Part shown: piece after piece, positions 12,520 to 23,830 of the stretch
Numbering within the stretch: the stretch's first letter is position 1
How the letters are laid out: each line of letters opens with the position of its first letter
Source of the DNA: Camelus ferus
Lineage: Eukaryota
Length of the DNA stretch: 64,000 bases
Direction: 5' to 3'
NCBI RefSeq assembly: GCF_009834535.1
Contig: NC_045696.1
Location: 24,492,001-24,556,000 of the forward strand
Notes under the pieces: generated by a model
Told to the model about the DNA's origin: nothing
The model's database searches: none
The model's input: the letters and a program-made list of their open reading frames with translations, nothing else
Program-made: the position numbers and the translations under genes

Positions 12520-14935
12520 TTTATAATCACAGAACATCGTCTGGGCTAGAAAACCAGTCTCGATAATTGTAAATGGAGTCAATTCATATAAAGTGTGTTC
12601 TCTGATCACACTGTAATTGAATTCGAAATCACTGACAGAAAGATCCCTTTGGAAATCCGTTTGGCAGTTTCTTAAGAAGGTAAACATTCACCTACCATAT
12701 TATCCAGCTATTCTACCCTGAGGTTCTAGCCAAGTGAAAAGAAAAATTTATCTTTATACAAAGACTTATACTTAAATATTCATAGCAGACTTTTTGTAGT
12801 AAGCCCAAAAACTGCAAACAACTCAAATGTCCTTCAACAATTGAATGAATTGTGATATATCCATATAATACACTACTATTTAGCAATAAATTTTTAAATT
12901 AAAAAAAGTTAGATGCTACAGTGTTATCTTTGGATTCTCCCAATATCCACCTCCTCTCCAATGACAGGAGTCCACGTAACAAAAGGATTATAAGGAGCAA
13001 TCTCTGACTGCAAGTTGAACCATTAATAGGTGGTTTGAAGTAATAAGTTCTCTAGTCATTATATGTGGGAAGCAATTGATATCTTAAAACAAGCAAATGA
13101 GATTCAGAGAGAAAACAAAAAGGAACAGCAAAAATACCACGGCACATAGATTGAGGCTTTCAGAAACTACCGAAGGATTTCAGGCTTTCCTTGGATGTAT
13201 GGCTGACTGGATCTGAGAAAGAAAATGTACCAAATGAGCCCAGAACTTTCTGTTATGCTCTAACTCAAGAAGCTCAAAGAACAGTAAATTGTTCTTTGCT
13301 AGAACACATATACTAAAGGACTCTCAATGACCAAAGATAGGACATAATTGGGCATCAAGAAGAACATGGAAGCATTAACTGAAGCACATTGTCTATATGA
13401 AAATTTCTAAGCTGGTAGTGTCATGAGAAAGAGAGAAGGAAGAGGAGGAGGTGGAAGAGGGAGAGAAAAATAGTAAACAGTTCATTGGATGCCAGGAAAA
13501 AATAACTGGAGCCCTAATTCCTTATTCTGAAATTGCCATGTGTCCTGCTTTGTCCTCTCTGCACCATGTTTTAGGTTAGCCATAGCATTAGATGATCAAA
13601 GAAATGTCTACTTTATAAAATTTTCCAGTTAATGTGCATGATATGACATACAATTAAACATGTCGTTCCTAATAAAAATAATTTATTTAAGTTTGGGTAA
13701 TCAATAGATGAAGCTAAGCATCAGCAAAAGGGGAAAATATTGAGTGCCTCCTGAGATGGTACAACATACAGCACCCAGAGACACCTAGGAGATGTTCTTG
13801 CACAATGTTGATTCAGAATCTAACCAAATTCCATTTGTAGGGAAGAGCTGATTTCCATTTAGAGGAGATACTAGAGATAGAAGAATAAGGTAAATAATTC
13901 AGAAAGAAGCAAACAGAAAATTCTGAATGTGACACATTTTACAGCACCTGATTTCTGCAAAAGCTACTGGCAAGGAAGGGAGACAGAGACAGAGACAGAG
14001 AGAGAGGGGGGAAGGAAGGAAGAAGGAATGAGAGACATGATAATCAAGTGTAACATGTGGTCCTTGTTTGGATCTTGATTCAAATGGAGTGAATGAAAAA
14101 TGTATGTATTTTTAAAGACCATTGGGGAATTTAATTTTGGAAAGTGCTTTGGCTATCTTGTCACATAACAAACCACACCAGAACTTAGTGGCTTAAAACA
14201 ATAAAAATTTATTTTCTCACAAATTCGCAGTTAGGTCAGTCCTCTTAGGGGATGACTCTCTGCTCCATTTGGCATCGCTAGTGGGGCTTGCTTGGGACTT
14301 GAGGATTTACTCCCAAGATGGCTTCACTCACAGGGCTAGCACATCCGTGCTGGCTGTCAACTTGGAGAGCATCTGGGGCTGTCATAGGAGCCTTCAGTGT
14401 CCTTCGTGTAGGTCTCTTTATGCGCTGCTTGGGATTCCTCACAATAGGACAGCTGGGGTCAAAGAAAAAGGAAATGGAAGCCTGCAGTCCTCTTAAAGAC
14501 TAGGCTTAGGTCTACCACAGCACTCCTGTGGCCGTATCCTATCAGTGTAGTTCCAGTCTCAGCCCACATCCAAGGGATTGGAGGAGTATGACCCCATCTC
14601 TCTGTTGGCAAGGGGGTTGGGGGCTTGGGGAGTGGAGGTGGGGGATGGGGGAGGGGTGACACAGGGAAGTATTTGATGTTACCAAGGAATAATTTTTAAG
14701 TGTCACAATGGCATTCTGATTATCTAAGAAAATGTCAAACAATTTTGGAGCTACAAAGTGAAGTATGTAGGAGTGAAATGACATGATATCTGGGGTTTAA
14801 AATACTTTAGCAGAAAAGAAAAATGATAAGGATGAAACAGGATATCTTGATAATTTTTGCATCTAGGTGATGGAAATGCAGAGGGATTACTGAACTCTAC
14901 TTTTGAATGTGTATGAAAATCTCATCATCAATTTT
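12520..14935 (+). mobile_element. Old L1MC-type element (ORF2 fragment plus long 3'UTR), interrupted by MLT1
   Basis: EN-end motif (ttctctgatcacactgtaattgaattcgaaatc), 3' ORF2/UTR motifs (tttggcagtttcttaagaaggtaaacattcacctaccatat) and an L1MC 3' terminus near 14900. Confidence 0.75.
14144..14612 (-). mobile_element. MLT1 (G/H-like) LTR
   Basis: cataacaaaccacaccagaacttagtggcttaaaacaa...cccaagatggcttcactcaca, the antisense MLT1 pattern. Confidence 0.8.
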
Positions 14936-15149
14936 TTAAAATATTGGGGCTTGAAATAATGTTATAGCTCTTAAGAGATCAAAAGGAAGAGATTCAAAGT
15001 CCTAGTTTTATCTGGTTTTAATTAAACTTTAATATTACTTCTTCTCCAAATATACCTTAAATAGTACTCTCCAAAAGTACTAACTTTGAGAAAGGATGCT
15101 GAAACTGAGAAACATACAGAGGTGCTGAGGCTGTTGCAAGGAATCATAG

Positions 15150-15458
15150 AAAGGCAACCAAACACGGAGGGCTGCCTCGTGTTGGTGCTGGTGATGTCTG
15201 TTTCTTCCATCTGAAAGCAGCTGTGTGAGGACCTAATGCTTTGAGCTTCTGCATCCATAATGCAGACCATGAAGAGAAGGGCAAGGGAACTGCAACTGGT
15301 GACCATGACTCTGACCTCACTGATCCTCTGCATCAATGCCAACAATCGTCAACCCACAGACTAACCCTTATATGAGAAGAACTCCCCTTAGCCATGAGTA
15401 AGCATGCTCAGTCATGTAGTCTGTCACGTGGAACTTGAAGCATTCTTAGCTAGCAACA
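15150..15458 (+). mobile_element. Old MLT1 (J/K-like) LTR fragment
   Basis: The 3' end gaacttgaagcattcttagctagcaaca resembles the MLT1J/K terminus. Confidence 0.45.
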
Positions 15459-15619
15459 CCCTACAGCAGAAGTTTACATTGTAACTCTCCTGGTATTCCT
15501 AATTAAAGGACAGGGGACAACTGCAGATGCCCTTTCCAAGGGTCCTAGAAATAAATGGGATTTAAAGAAAAAGTAAGTCCAGGGCCAACTGAAGAAGTGT
15601 ATTTGCAAGATCTAAGTTT

Positions 15620-16166
15620 ACCTTGGCAGCCATTCCACCTTTGAGTATATAGTCAAAAGAACTGAGAGCAGGAACGCACGTAGAGACTCATATTCATAGC
15701 AACGTTATCCACAGTAGACAAAAGGTAAAAGCAACCTAAGTGTCCACCAACAGATGAATGGACAAACAAAATGTGGTGTATGCATACAACGGATATTACT
15801 TAGCCTTAAAAAGAAAAAAATTCTGACGCCTGCTACAACATAAGTGAGACTTGAAGACATTATACTAAGTGAAATAAGCCAATTACCAAAAGGCAAAAGA
15901 CTGCATGATTCCACTTAAAGGAGATGCCAAGAATAGTGAAATTCACAGAAACGGAAAGCAGAATGGTGGTTGCCAGGGGCTGGTGGGGAGGAATGAGGTG
16001 TTTAATTGGTAGGGAGTTTCAGTTTTGTAAGATGAAAAAGTTCTGGAGATGGATAGTGAAGATGTTTGGAAAACAAGGTGAATATACTTAATGCTACAAG
16101 ACTGTGCACTTAAAAATGGTTAAAATGGGAAATTTTCAGTTATGTATACTTTACCACCATAAAAAG
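15620..16166 (+). mobile_element. L1MB 3' end
   Basis: aagcaacctaagtgtccaccaacagatgaatggacaaacaaaatgtgg...tgcacttaaaaatggttaaaatgg...ataaaaa. Confidence 0.9.
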
Positions 16167-16479
16167 TGCTTATCTCAGTACCTTGTCATATAAGAGATCC
16201 AACTTTTTTTAAATTAATGCAAGAGAAAAAAGGGGAGGGAGGTGGGGAAGCACATGGTACGGAGCCTTGAACTAACAGCTTTGAAGGGAAGGTGCTGCTT
16301 TTATATTGGAGGAGGACATTTTCTTCAGGGTTTGCTTCATATTTTCAATTTAGTTTTGTAGGCCTGTGGTTGTTTTTGGTGCATTTTCCTCCAGATTTTA
16401 AGAATATTATTGCCACCTTTGAAATCTGATTACAAAGATCATGCTAAGTCTTATTCTCTCATTTGAATAGTCAGGGTTC

Positions 16480-16657
16480 CTCATTAATTTAGAAAATTGT
16501 TTGTTCAGTAAAGATCTATCTCATTTGATAATGGTCTCTGAATCCCTGGGATTATGGCAGGGATTTTACTTCGTAGTAATCTCCCATGAGAACCGCCCAA
16601 ACAGCTGGGAAGGCAAGAGAGAGCTCGCACAGCGACAAGGGACTGGAGCTGACCAAA
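16480..16657 (+). promoter_or_regulatory. Putative promoter / 5'UTR of exon 1
   Basis: Unique sequence with several retained CpGs directly upstream of the ATG exon. In-frame stops at 16574-16579 bound the reading frame. The TSS cannot be determined. Confidence 0.35.
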
Positions 16658-16681
16658 ATGAATCTTTTCTGCTTTTCGCTG
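16658..16681 (+). CDS. SAMSN1: Coding exon 1 (MNLFCFSL) of a SAMSN1 long-isoform / LOC388813-like gene
   Basis: ATG in CAAAATGA context (A at -3), 8 codons, then a consensus donor CTG|GTAAGT at 16682. Phase 0 joins in frame to exon 2. Gene identity is from recalled homology and is unverified. Confidence 0.8.
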
Positions 16682-18354
16682 GTAAGTTTTTTCACATGTA
16701 CCATTTATATCCTCATTTGTATTTTACTGTATGGAGTTAGGGTATACCCTTAACTTCCTAAGTGGGGAGATTAATACATTCTAGGGTCTTATTAGAAAGT
16801 CCACGTCAGAAAAAGGAGGAAGTATGGTTTCGTTAAAGAACTTAAGCCAACAATACTCATTCGAAGGCAAGTAATTTACAAAAAAAGTACAAATTTATCC
16901 CTAATAATTACTAGTTACTTAACATTTTGAAACTGAATTTCTAAGTGTGAGATGTAAATAGTATTTTTGAGGAACTCTTCTTTTTATTATTGAGTATGAG
17001 TTTTTTGGGGGGTTTTTTTGGGTTTTTTTGCAAAATATGTTGCATTTGGGTTGCTTGTTTTGCTTTGGGACATTCCTAGGAATCACAATTTCTTCTTTAT
17101 TGCTTGAATAATGAATTCCATTCAATGTTGGCTTGGTTAAACTACCATGGAGGCAACTTTCTGAGTTACACAGCACTGTAAGTGCAAGGTACAATAGATT
17201 AATCCAGTCCTACAGATGTGCTCATTCAAGGGTATAAGCGCCTCTCCGATTCTTTTTTACATTATTGCTTTTTCTTTTTTTTTTTTTCCCCTTTAGCCTG
17301 AAGTGGATCAGGGAACGTTAGCCAGTAGTCACAGATCTGGAAATACTTTATAACTCTAACCTGCAATTGTGACCATTTGCCAAAGCTAAAAATGCATTTC
17401 AAAAATAATTTTATTCATTTCTATCTGTGCTTACAGCAGGGTATTATGCCTATTCATTGGCTTTTCAAGATGTCGATGGGAGATCCCTGTCGATTGAGGA
17501 AATAAAATGGTTTGCTTTGATGTTTGTTTTCTTTCCAAATTGCAAATAAGATTAACGTAAGTGCTAGAGATGGTGCTGACATAGGTTGCAGTACCTAAAC
17601 AGGAGGCATTTTAAGCCAAGATAAGGGATTTAATCTTAAAGCATCTTGAAAAATAAAATGCAATTGTGAGATGTGGCAGGCTGAATCATCGAGTGCGGGG
17701 TGCCTGTATAGTCCCAATTTACAGAATAACTACCAGTGCTCAACTTTGCTTTGTGCCATATAAATCTGACCGGAGAAACCCCATTTCAGGTGATTTAAGT
17801 GGTATTGTGCATTCTTTCCTAGTTGCTCTAAAAGAACTATATATGGTTTATGTGAATATACTTCCCGTGGAAATAGGCAGTGTAGCAACAGACACGATTG
17901 CGTTCCAAAATCACTCTGAATGGTCCTATAATCAGTATGCTAATGTTTCTATAACATAGCATAGCTCAGCATAGCGTGGCATATGCTTTGTAATCCTGCA
18001 ACTAAAGACATATAACCATATAATGAGCATGATTGTCTTTCTCTGTACTATAAGGATGGGAGCACATACTCAAAAAGGATCGCTTCAGAGCCATGCCTCA
18101 TGGACTCAGTTTGACTGCAACTCTTTTGTATCTTCTAAAGTTATCCTTAAAAAGTGACTTGCCTAGAAACATACTGCATTAGACTGAACCATCATGATCT
18201 GCTGACTTATTTTGTCTAAGCATTCCAAAACTTATATGTGGCCAAAATTAGTTGCTTTAATAAGAAAACATCCACAAGGTACTTGGAAAAAGATCAAAAC
18301 TGTTTTAGGTATTTTTAAAAATTTCTTCTTGTGGAAGAAATAATGTTATTTAGC

Positions 18355-18535
18355 ATACGGGCTCTCAACCAGGGTGTTGTGACACCCTACCGTGCTGTTA
18401 TGAGCTGTGAAAAAGGGGTGGGGTTACAGTTTTTGCCAGGAATTTGTGCATAATTCAAAACATATTTTATCTGTGTCTGCAGGAATGTGAACATATGGGA
18501 CACAGCATTTTTAAGAAGAGATTAAAAACTACTGA
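18355..18535. mobile_element. hAT-Charlie MITE remnant
   Basis: gggctctcaaccaggg ... attaaaaactactg are degenerate MER5-like termini. Confidence 0.4.
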
Positions 18536-19259
18536 CTTAGTGGAAAGAGAGGTCGAAGAATTAAAAAGTGGAGGTGTATAGAAATATATTGACCTCTAAA
18601 CCTCTAGGAAGGAGGTGATTTTAAGTAGCAAGCATCATATGAAGACTACCACTAAGGAAAGCCAGTGAAAGAGTTAAACATTCTCTTAAGTGTAGGGGGA
18701 AATTGTAAATCTTTTAGTAAATGGGGTTTTTAAGAGAAATATAAAGCCAGACTTAATGAACTACCCATTCTGAACCAAGGATACTATAAATAATCCATTA
18801 AAGGTGATTGCAATTATTTTAGATCTATAAACTCCAAATGGGGTCTGTCTCTCAAAAGAGGGGCAGGAACATCCTTTTATGTGTGCCACTCTGACTCCAG
18901 AATTTTTCTTAGAGTTTTACACAGTGATAAGGCTTTTAGAAAGCTCGCTTATTTGAAGCATGATGATTTTCCTGTTGAGCTCATCAAATAGTTATTGAAT
19001 TTAACTTGGCTTTGTAGCCCAATAAAGTCACTAATCAATTATCCCTGTGCTGTTTCTTCAGTGGCTTGAAATGCTGCATCTCTCTTTATTTGGTTTATGT
19101 ATTTTACCCCATTGTTTTACCTCCATCCCTTCTTAATGACTGTTCTGTGTATCTACTAAGATCATTAAAATGCCAAGGAGACATGTTATTCAAAAGAATA
19201 TCTTCTCCTTGTCCTTCTTCAAAATGTGGGCTTTTTAAGTCTCTGTGCTTCTGTGTGAA

Positions 19260-21260
19260 TACAGAATCATCTTTCAAGTTATATGAAAATCTTTGATGGG
19301 GTTTTGATTAAAATGGATTTGAATTTCACACCATCTTTATGGGAAATTGACTTCATAATGGGGTTGAGTTCTCCCATTCACAAACAAATAAAGCTCTTCA
19401 TTTATTCTAATCTTCTTCATGGCCTTTAATGATGTTTTATAATTTTCTCTATACTATTCTTACACATCTTTTACTAACTTTATTGCTAAGCTCTGGTTGC
19501 TGTTGTGATTTTTTTCCCCTCATTTGTTCTTGCTGATTTATAGATACATTGTTGATTTTCAGATATTGATAATGCAGATGATTAGTTTTGCTGAATTTTT
19601 AAAATTCTTGTAGTCTCTGGTTTATTTTTGATTTTTAACATAGGCAACCCACACATTTCCTCTTCTTTAGCAATTGTACCGTTCTCTGCTTCTCTCTCTT
19701 CCATCGCATTGACAAGTAAAAATGCTATAATGGCAGACATCCTAGTCTTGCTTCCAACATTCATGTAATTACTTCTAATTGAGTCTTCCCAAGGTTTTTG
19801 ATAAATAACCCTAATAAGGTTAAGGAAGTCCTGTCTTTTCCCAGTTTGCTAAGATTTTATCAAAGATGAATAATAAATTTTTCAGATACCTTAGAATATT
19901 TATTGAAAGAATAAGCTGTCTTTTTAAACATGTTAATAGTATATTTAAATGTTGAAACATCCTTATATTCTTATATTAAACACTGATTGGCCGTGGTGTA
20001 TTTTTATATACATTATTCGATTTAATTTTGTTAACATTACACTTAGGATTTTTAAAGCTGTAAGTAAAATTGGTCTATAATTTTCTTAAAATGAAAGAAA
20101 AATCTGTCATTTTATTTTTCTAGAATTCCTATTAATCCTATGCTGTAGTGTCTCAACATGTCCCAATAGACAATTTTATTTCAATATTTCATGCGTTTTC
20201 TATTTATTCTTTCATGCTGCACCCTGGTGAACTCTCTAGCATCTTCCAATTCTTTTGAGAGTTCTAGAGTTCATCCCAAATTTTGATTATTTCATACAAA
20301 TTTATATGATTATATATTTTTCAATATTTTTTTAAATTGTTTATTTTTTGTTGCTATTTAATGGTTCTTGTTTCTTTTCTGTCAGTTTTGGTTTCATTGT
20401 AGGTTATTTAATTTTAATTGTATATTTCTTTTTTATTTAGCTCTGTGAAGTTGACAGTCTTTCTTAAATTATTTCTCCGTCCATTTTATGATTTTAATTT
20501 CATTGGGAATGAAGTGGCTTTATTTTCAGATTGTCAATTTGGTTGACTTTCTTAGCATTTGATCCCTTCATGCATTCTGGCTACTGTTGAATGATAACTC
20601 TTTTTCCCTTTTCTCTGTCTCTGTCTCTCCATCTGTATCTCTGTCTCTGTCTCTCCCTCTCCTCCCCCCATCCACCTCCACCCTTCCCTGCCTCTCTTTT
20701 TCCTCCTTCCTAGCCTCTTCATCTTTCTCCATCTAGTTGTGAGGCATGAATCTCAAGTCTCTCTGAGGCCCGAGGTTAGAACCTAGGCTTACATTGCTGG
20801 TCCAGGGATCCCGTCCCAAGGTGGTATTTGGTGTGTTACTGATCCAGTCACTGAACTAGCTGGCAGCTTGTTTCTGATCCCAGTTTGCTGGCTGTGTGGT
20901 TGAATTGTGCTTTACTGGTCTAGAGCTTTCTTGAAGCAAGAGCCCCAGCAGCTACTGGAAGGAGCTTTCTTCAGCCTCCTTTCATAGCTGCACGTGCTGC
21001 TGTAGCCCCTGGACTTGAGCAGGGATTTGCTTTACATGGAGGATGTCTATTTACATTAAACCACAAAGCCCACAGTCCACGGTGCTGCCTGTTTGTGGGT
21101 GGGCCACTAACAGGTCCAAAGCTTAGCCTTCACTCACCACTCTGTGCTTCTGTTAGGTTTTTGCTTTCCCTACATGTTTATGTATTTCAGACCACACATG
21201 CTTAGGGCTCACTTACATCCTTTAAATTTTCCCAATAAGTTGCCATGTGCAGGGGTTACT
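19260..21260 (-). mobile_element. Old L1M element (ORF2, ORF1 and 5' remnants), degraded
   Basis: T-rich antisense L1 ORF2 motifs (gggaaattgacttcataatg, ggcagacatcctagtcttgcttcc, ggttaaggaagtcc...agtttgctaagattt). The distal boundary is uncertain. Confidence 0.7.
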
Positions 21261-22542
21261 TGAATTATGAAACTGTAGGGTTGAAATTTCTAAAGGTAGA
21301 CAATGTGAATACAATTCAATCTTCACTTTGTTTCCATCTTAATAAAATACTTTTTAAACATGTGAATATTTTTCAGTGAAACACTGTTTTTTCACTCATT
21401 GTTTCAAGCAATTAAACTTTTTCATAATCCAACAGATCTATATTTTGATGACACCATTATCAGTATCACCCATCACTCTGTCTAGAAATTTTCAATATAC
21501 TAAGCGTATACTGCTCTCTCTTAAGACTCTTTCTGGATGATGCCATCACTAGACCAATTCTGTCTCAAAAAGAAAAAATATAACAAGTCAAACACAAAGA
21601 AGATTAACTATGGAGTCCTCAATGTTTTGTTTTTTTTTTTTCCTTCCTACAAAAAGTGTGAAGGTCTTTTTTTCAATTGTGTAAGGTAGGCAAAATAATT
21701 TGTCAGTAAGTTTTTTAAGAATTTCACATATTGTGATTCTTTCTACTGTCCATCCCCTTAATTCCTCCAATTTTGAGTCGTAATCTTCAAGATAGCCTGT
21801 TCAATAAGAATTTTTGCTCAGTCAACAGTTGTCGTGTCCGTCAGCCCATAATTCTTTTAGCTGGGCTTCTTTGATCTCCAGTGGAACACATAATGGTTTT
21901 AAATGTAAACTCATATATTTTAAAATTCATAATTCCATAAAAGGATAAAAACAAACAATATTTTATTAGTATAAATAGTAAACATTAATATCAATGCATT
22001 TACTGTGCTTGTGAAATAGTTTTGCTGTTTCAAAGCATACTTGTATCCATTTTATCCTGAGAGTTCCTTTGTAAGATGATTGTAAAGACAACTCTGCAGA
22101 AGAGGCAGCTGAAGTAGAACAGATTCTGTTTCTTAAAGACATCATTCTAATTAGTGTTAATTAGTACTCTAATTAGAGGGAAACATATAACTAAAACCTG
22201 TGACCTGACACCCAACACAGTTTACTGGTGTCCAAATAGGCCTTTATTTAGTGCCTTGAACTTGATGTCTCCACCATGCTTCTTGAGAAATGGCCTCATT
22301 TTGTGCATGACTCCCCAGCACTTAGAGACTTGTTTGAATTCCTGGCTCTGTAATGAGGGCTGAGAAGGCCTCTCTTCACTGTCTAGCTCACTGCTGAAAA
22401 TTGGTATACCATCAACTCATAATCACTATGCACAGGCTAATTTAGATGGAGTACTGTATAAAGCTGGGTTGGTAGATTAAATGAGTTTCCAATGAAAATG
22501 ATCATTTTGTTATTCCTTGACTCATAAATCTCTTCATTGCAG

Positions 22543-22674
22543 GAGGGCTCTATGGACAGCTTATATGAACCAGTCCCGGAACAACGAGCTCACCAAGAGA
22601 GCGCCTCTGAGGGAACTGACTCTTTTATCTCACCCTCTGGGGAGAGTGGAGGAGCACGCAGCCGCCTCTTCATG
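22543..22674 (+). CDS. SAMSN1: Coding exon 2 (EGSMDSLYEPVPEQRAHQESASEGTDSFISPSGESGGARSRLFM)
   Basis: Acceptor tctcttcattgcag|, donor ATG|GTGAGT, 132 nt, phase 0-0, open. GC/CpG content is raised relative to the flanks, and the SMDSLY motif is typical of the SLy family. Confidence 0.88.
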
Positions 22675-23046
22675 GTGAGTCAACCTTGTGTAGAGTGGAT
22701 CGCCTCTTCTCTATGATATATTTAGAATCACTTGCTGAATGGTACCTGCTAATACAGCAAAAAATACTCTGTTTTCAGAAGGTTCTTCATTTACTTTTAG
22801 TTTCTGATTTTCTCTTCATTGTTGTCTCTTTCATGATTTTGGCTTATCGGTATTAACTACCATTTATAAAACTGGGTGATTATGTAACTTAAATGGATTA
22901 ATCAAAAGCAACCTTATGACAAAGAAATAATTGTATTATTTTCTAGATGAGGAAACTGCAGGAGAGAAATACAAAGTAACTTGTATAAAACAAATAAGTG
23001 TTAAATCTGGCAATAAAATATATACGTGCCTGCATCAACAGTTTAT

Positions 23047-23250
23047 CAGTAGTTTACTGGTAAGCCAGGTCTTCGAGGTTGGGGGGTGGGGAAAACCTGA
23101 GATTTGTAGCATTTGTCGATTTCCTTGGTGGAAATGCTCCTACTATGGTTACCATGGTTGATTTCAAGCGACCAGTGGTTTAATAACAAGCTTACGATAT
23201 CTGAATATTTAATCATTCATTGTTTCCAGTGACAACTCCAGCACAGCCAT
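23047..23250. mobile_element. MER63-like (hAT-Blackjack) DNA transposon
   Basis: gatttgtagcatttgtcgatttccttggtggaaatgctcc...gatttcaagc...ctccagcacagc matches recalled MER63A. Confidence 0.75.
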
Positions 23251-23669
23251 GACTGCTTGAAAGTCTGTGCTAACCAATTTACTAAGCTGCTTCTTCAACT
23301 TATGGACACACAACATCAACTTACAAAACATGAGTATTTCTAGAATGCAAATGCAAATAGTTTTCGTGAATTATCTTTATAATTACTAGAGGCATAGAGT
23401 TCTCCGTGCTCTGCAAAATTGGCCCTGTTTCTATTTTACAGTGTGAGCTGTTTTCTTAGTTGATTGTGTTGTATTTAAATTAATCCCATTCTAATAAACT
23501 TATTTTGCTTCTGTTGTGGCTTAGGACAATATGAAAGATCCTATGTCTGCAGTGAATAAAAACTTCTCTAAATTTAATAGATTTAGATGTTACCATCTAT
23601 CCTTAAAATCACATTTTCCCCATAAGAACATAGAAATTATATCAACTGTCCTTTCCTCAGTGCTCCCTT

Positions 23670-23830
23670 TTTGTAAGGCATTGTACTAGATGACGTTATA
23701 TATGAAATTATCTGTGTTGGTCCTCACAATAACTTCACAGAGGTTTAGAAATGTTGAGAAAGGCTAAATAACTTTTTCATTTGAAAAGAAGATGACCCAG
23801 AATTCAAATCCAGGTCTTCTTTTGCTCTAA
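23670..23830 (-). mobile_element. MIR SINE
   Basis: aggcattgtactag...tcctcacaataac...cccagaattcaaatccaggtct. Confidence 0.65.
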
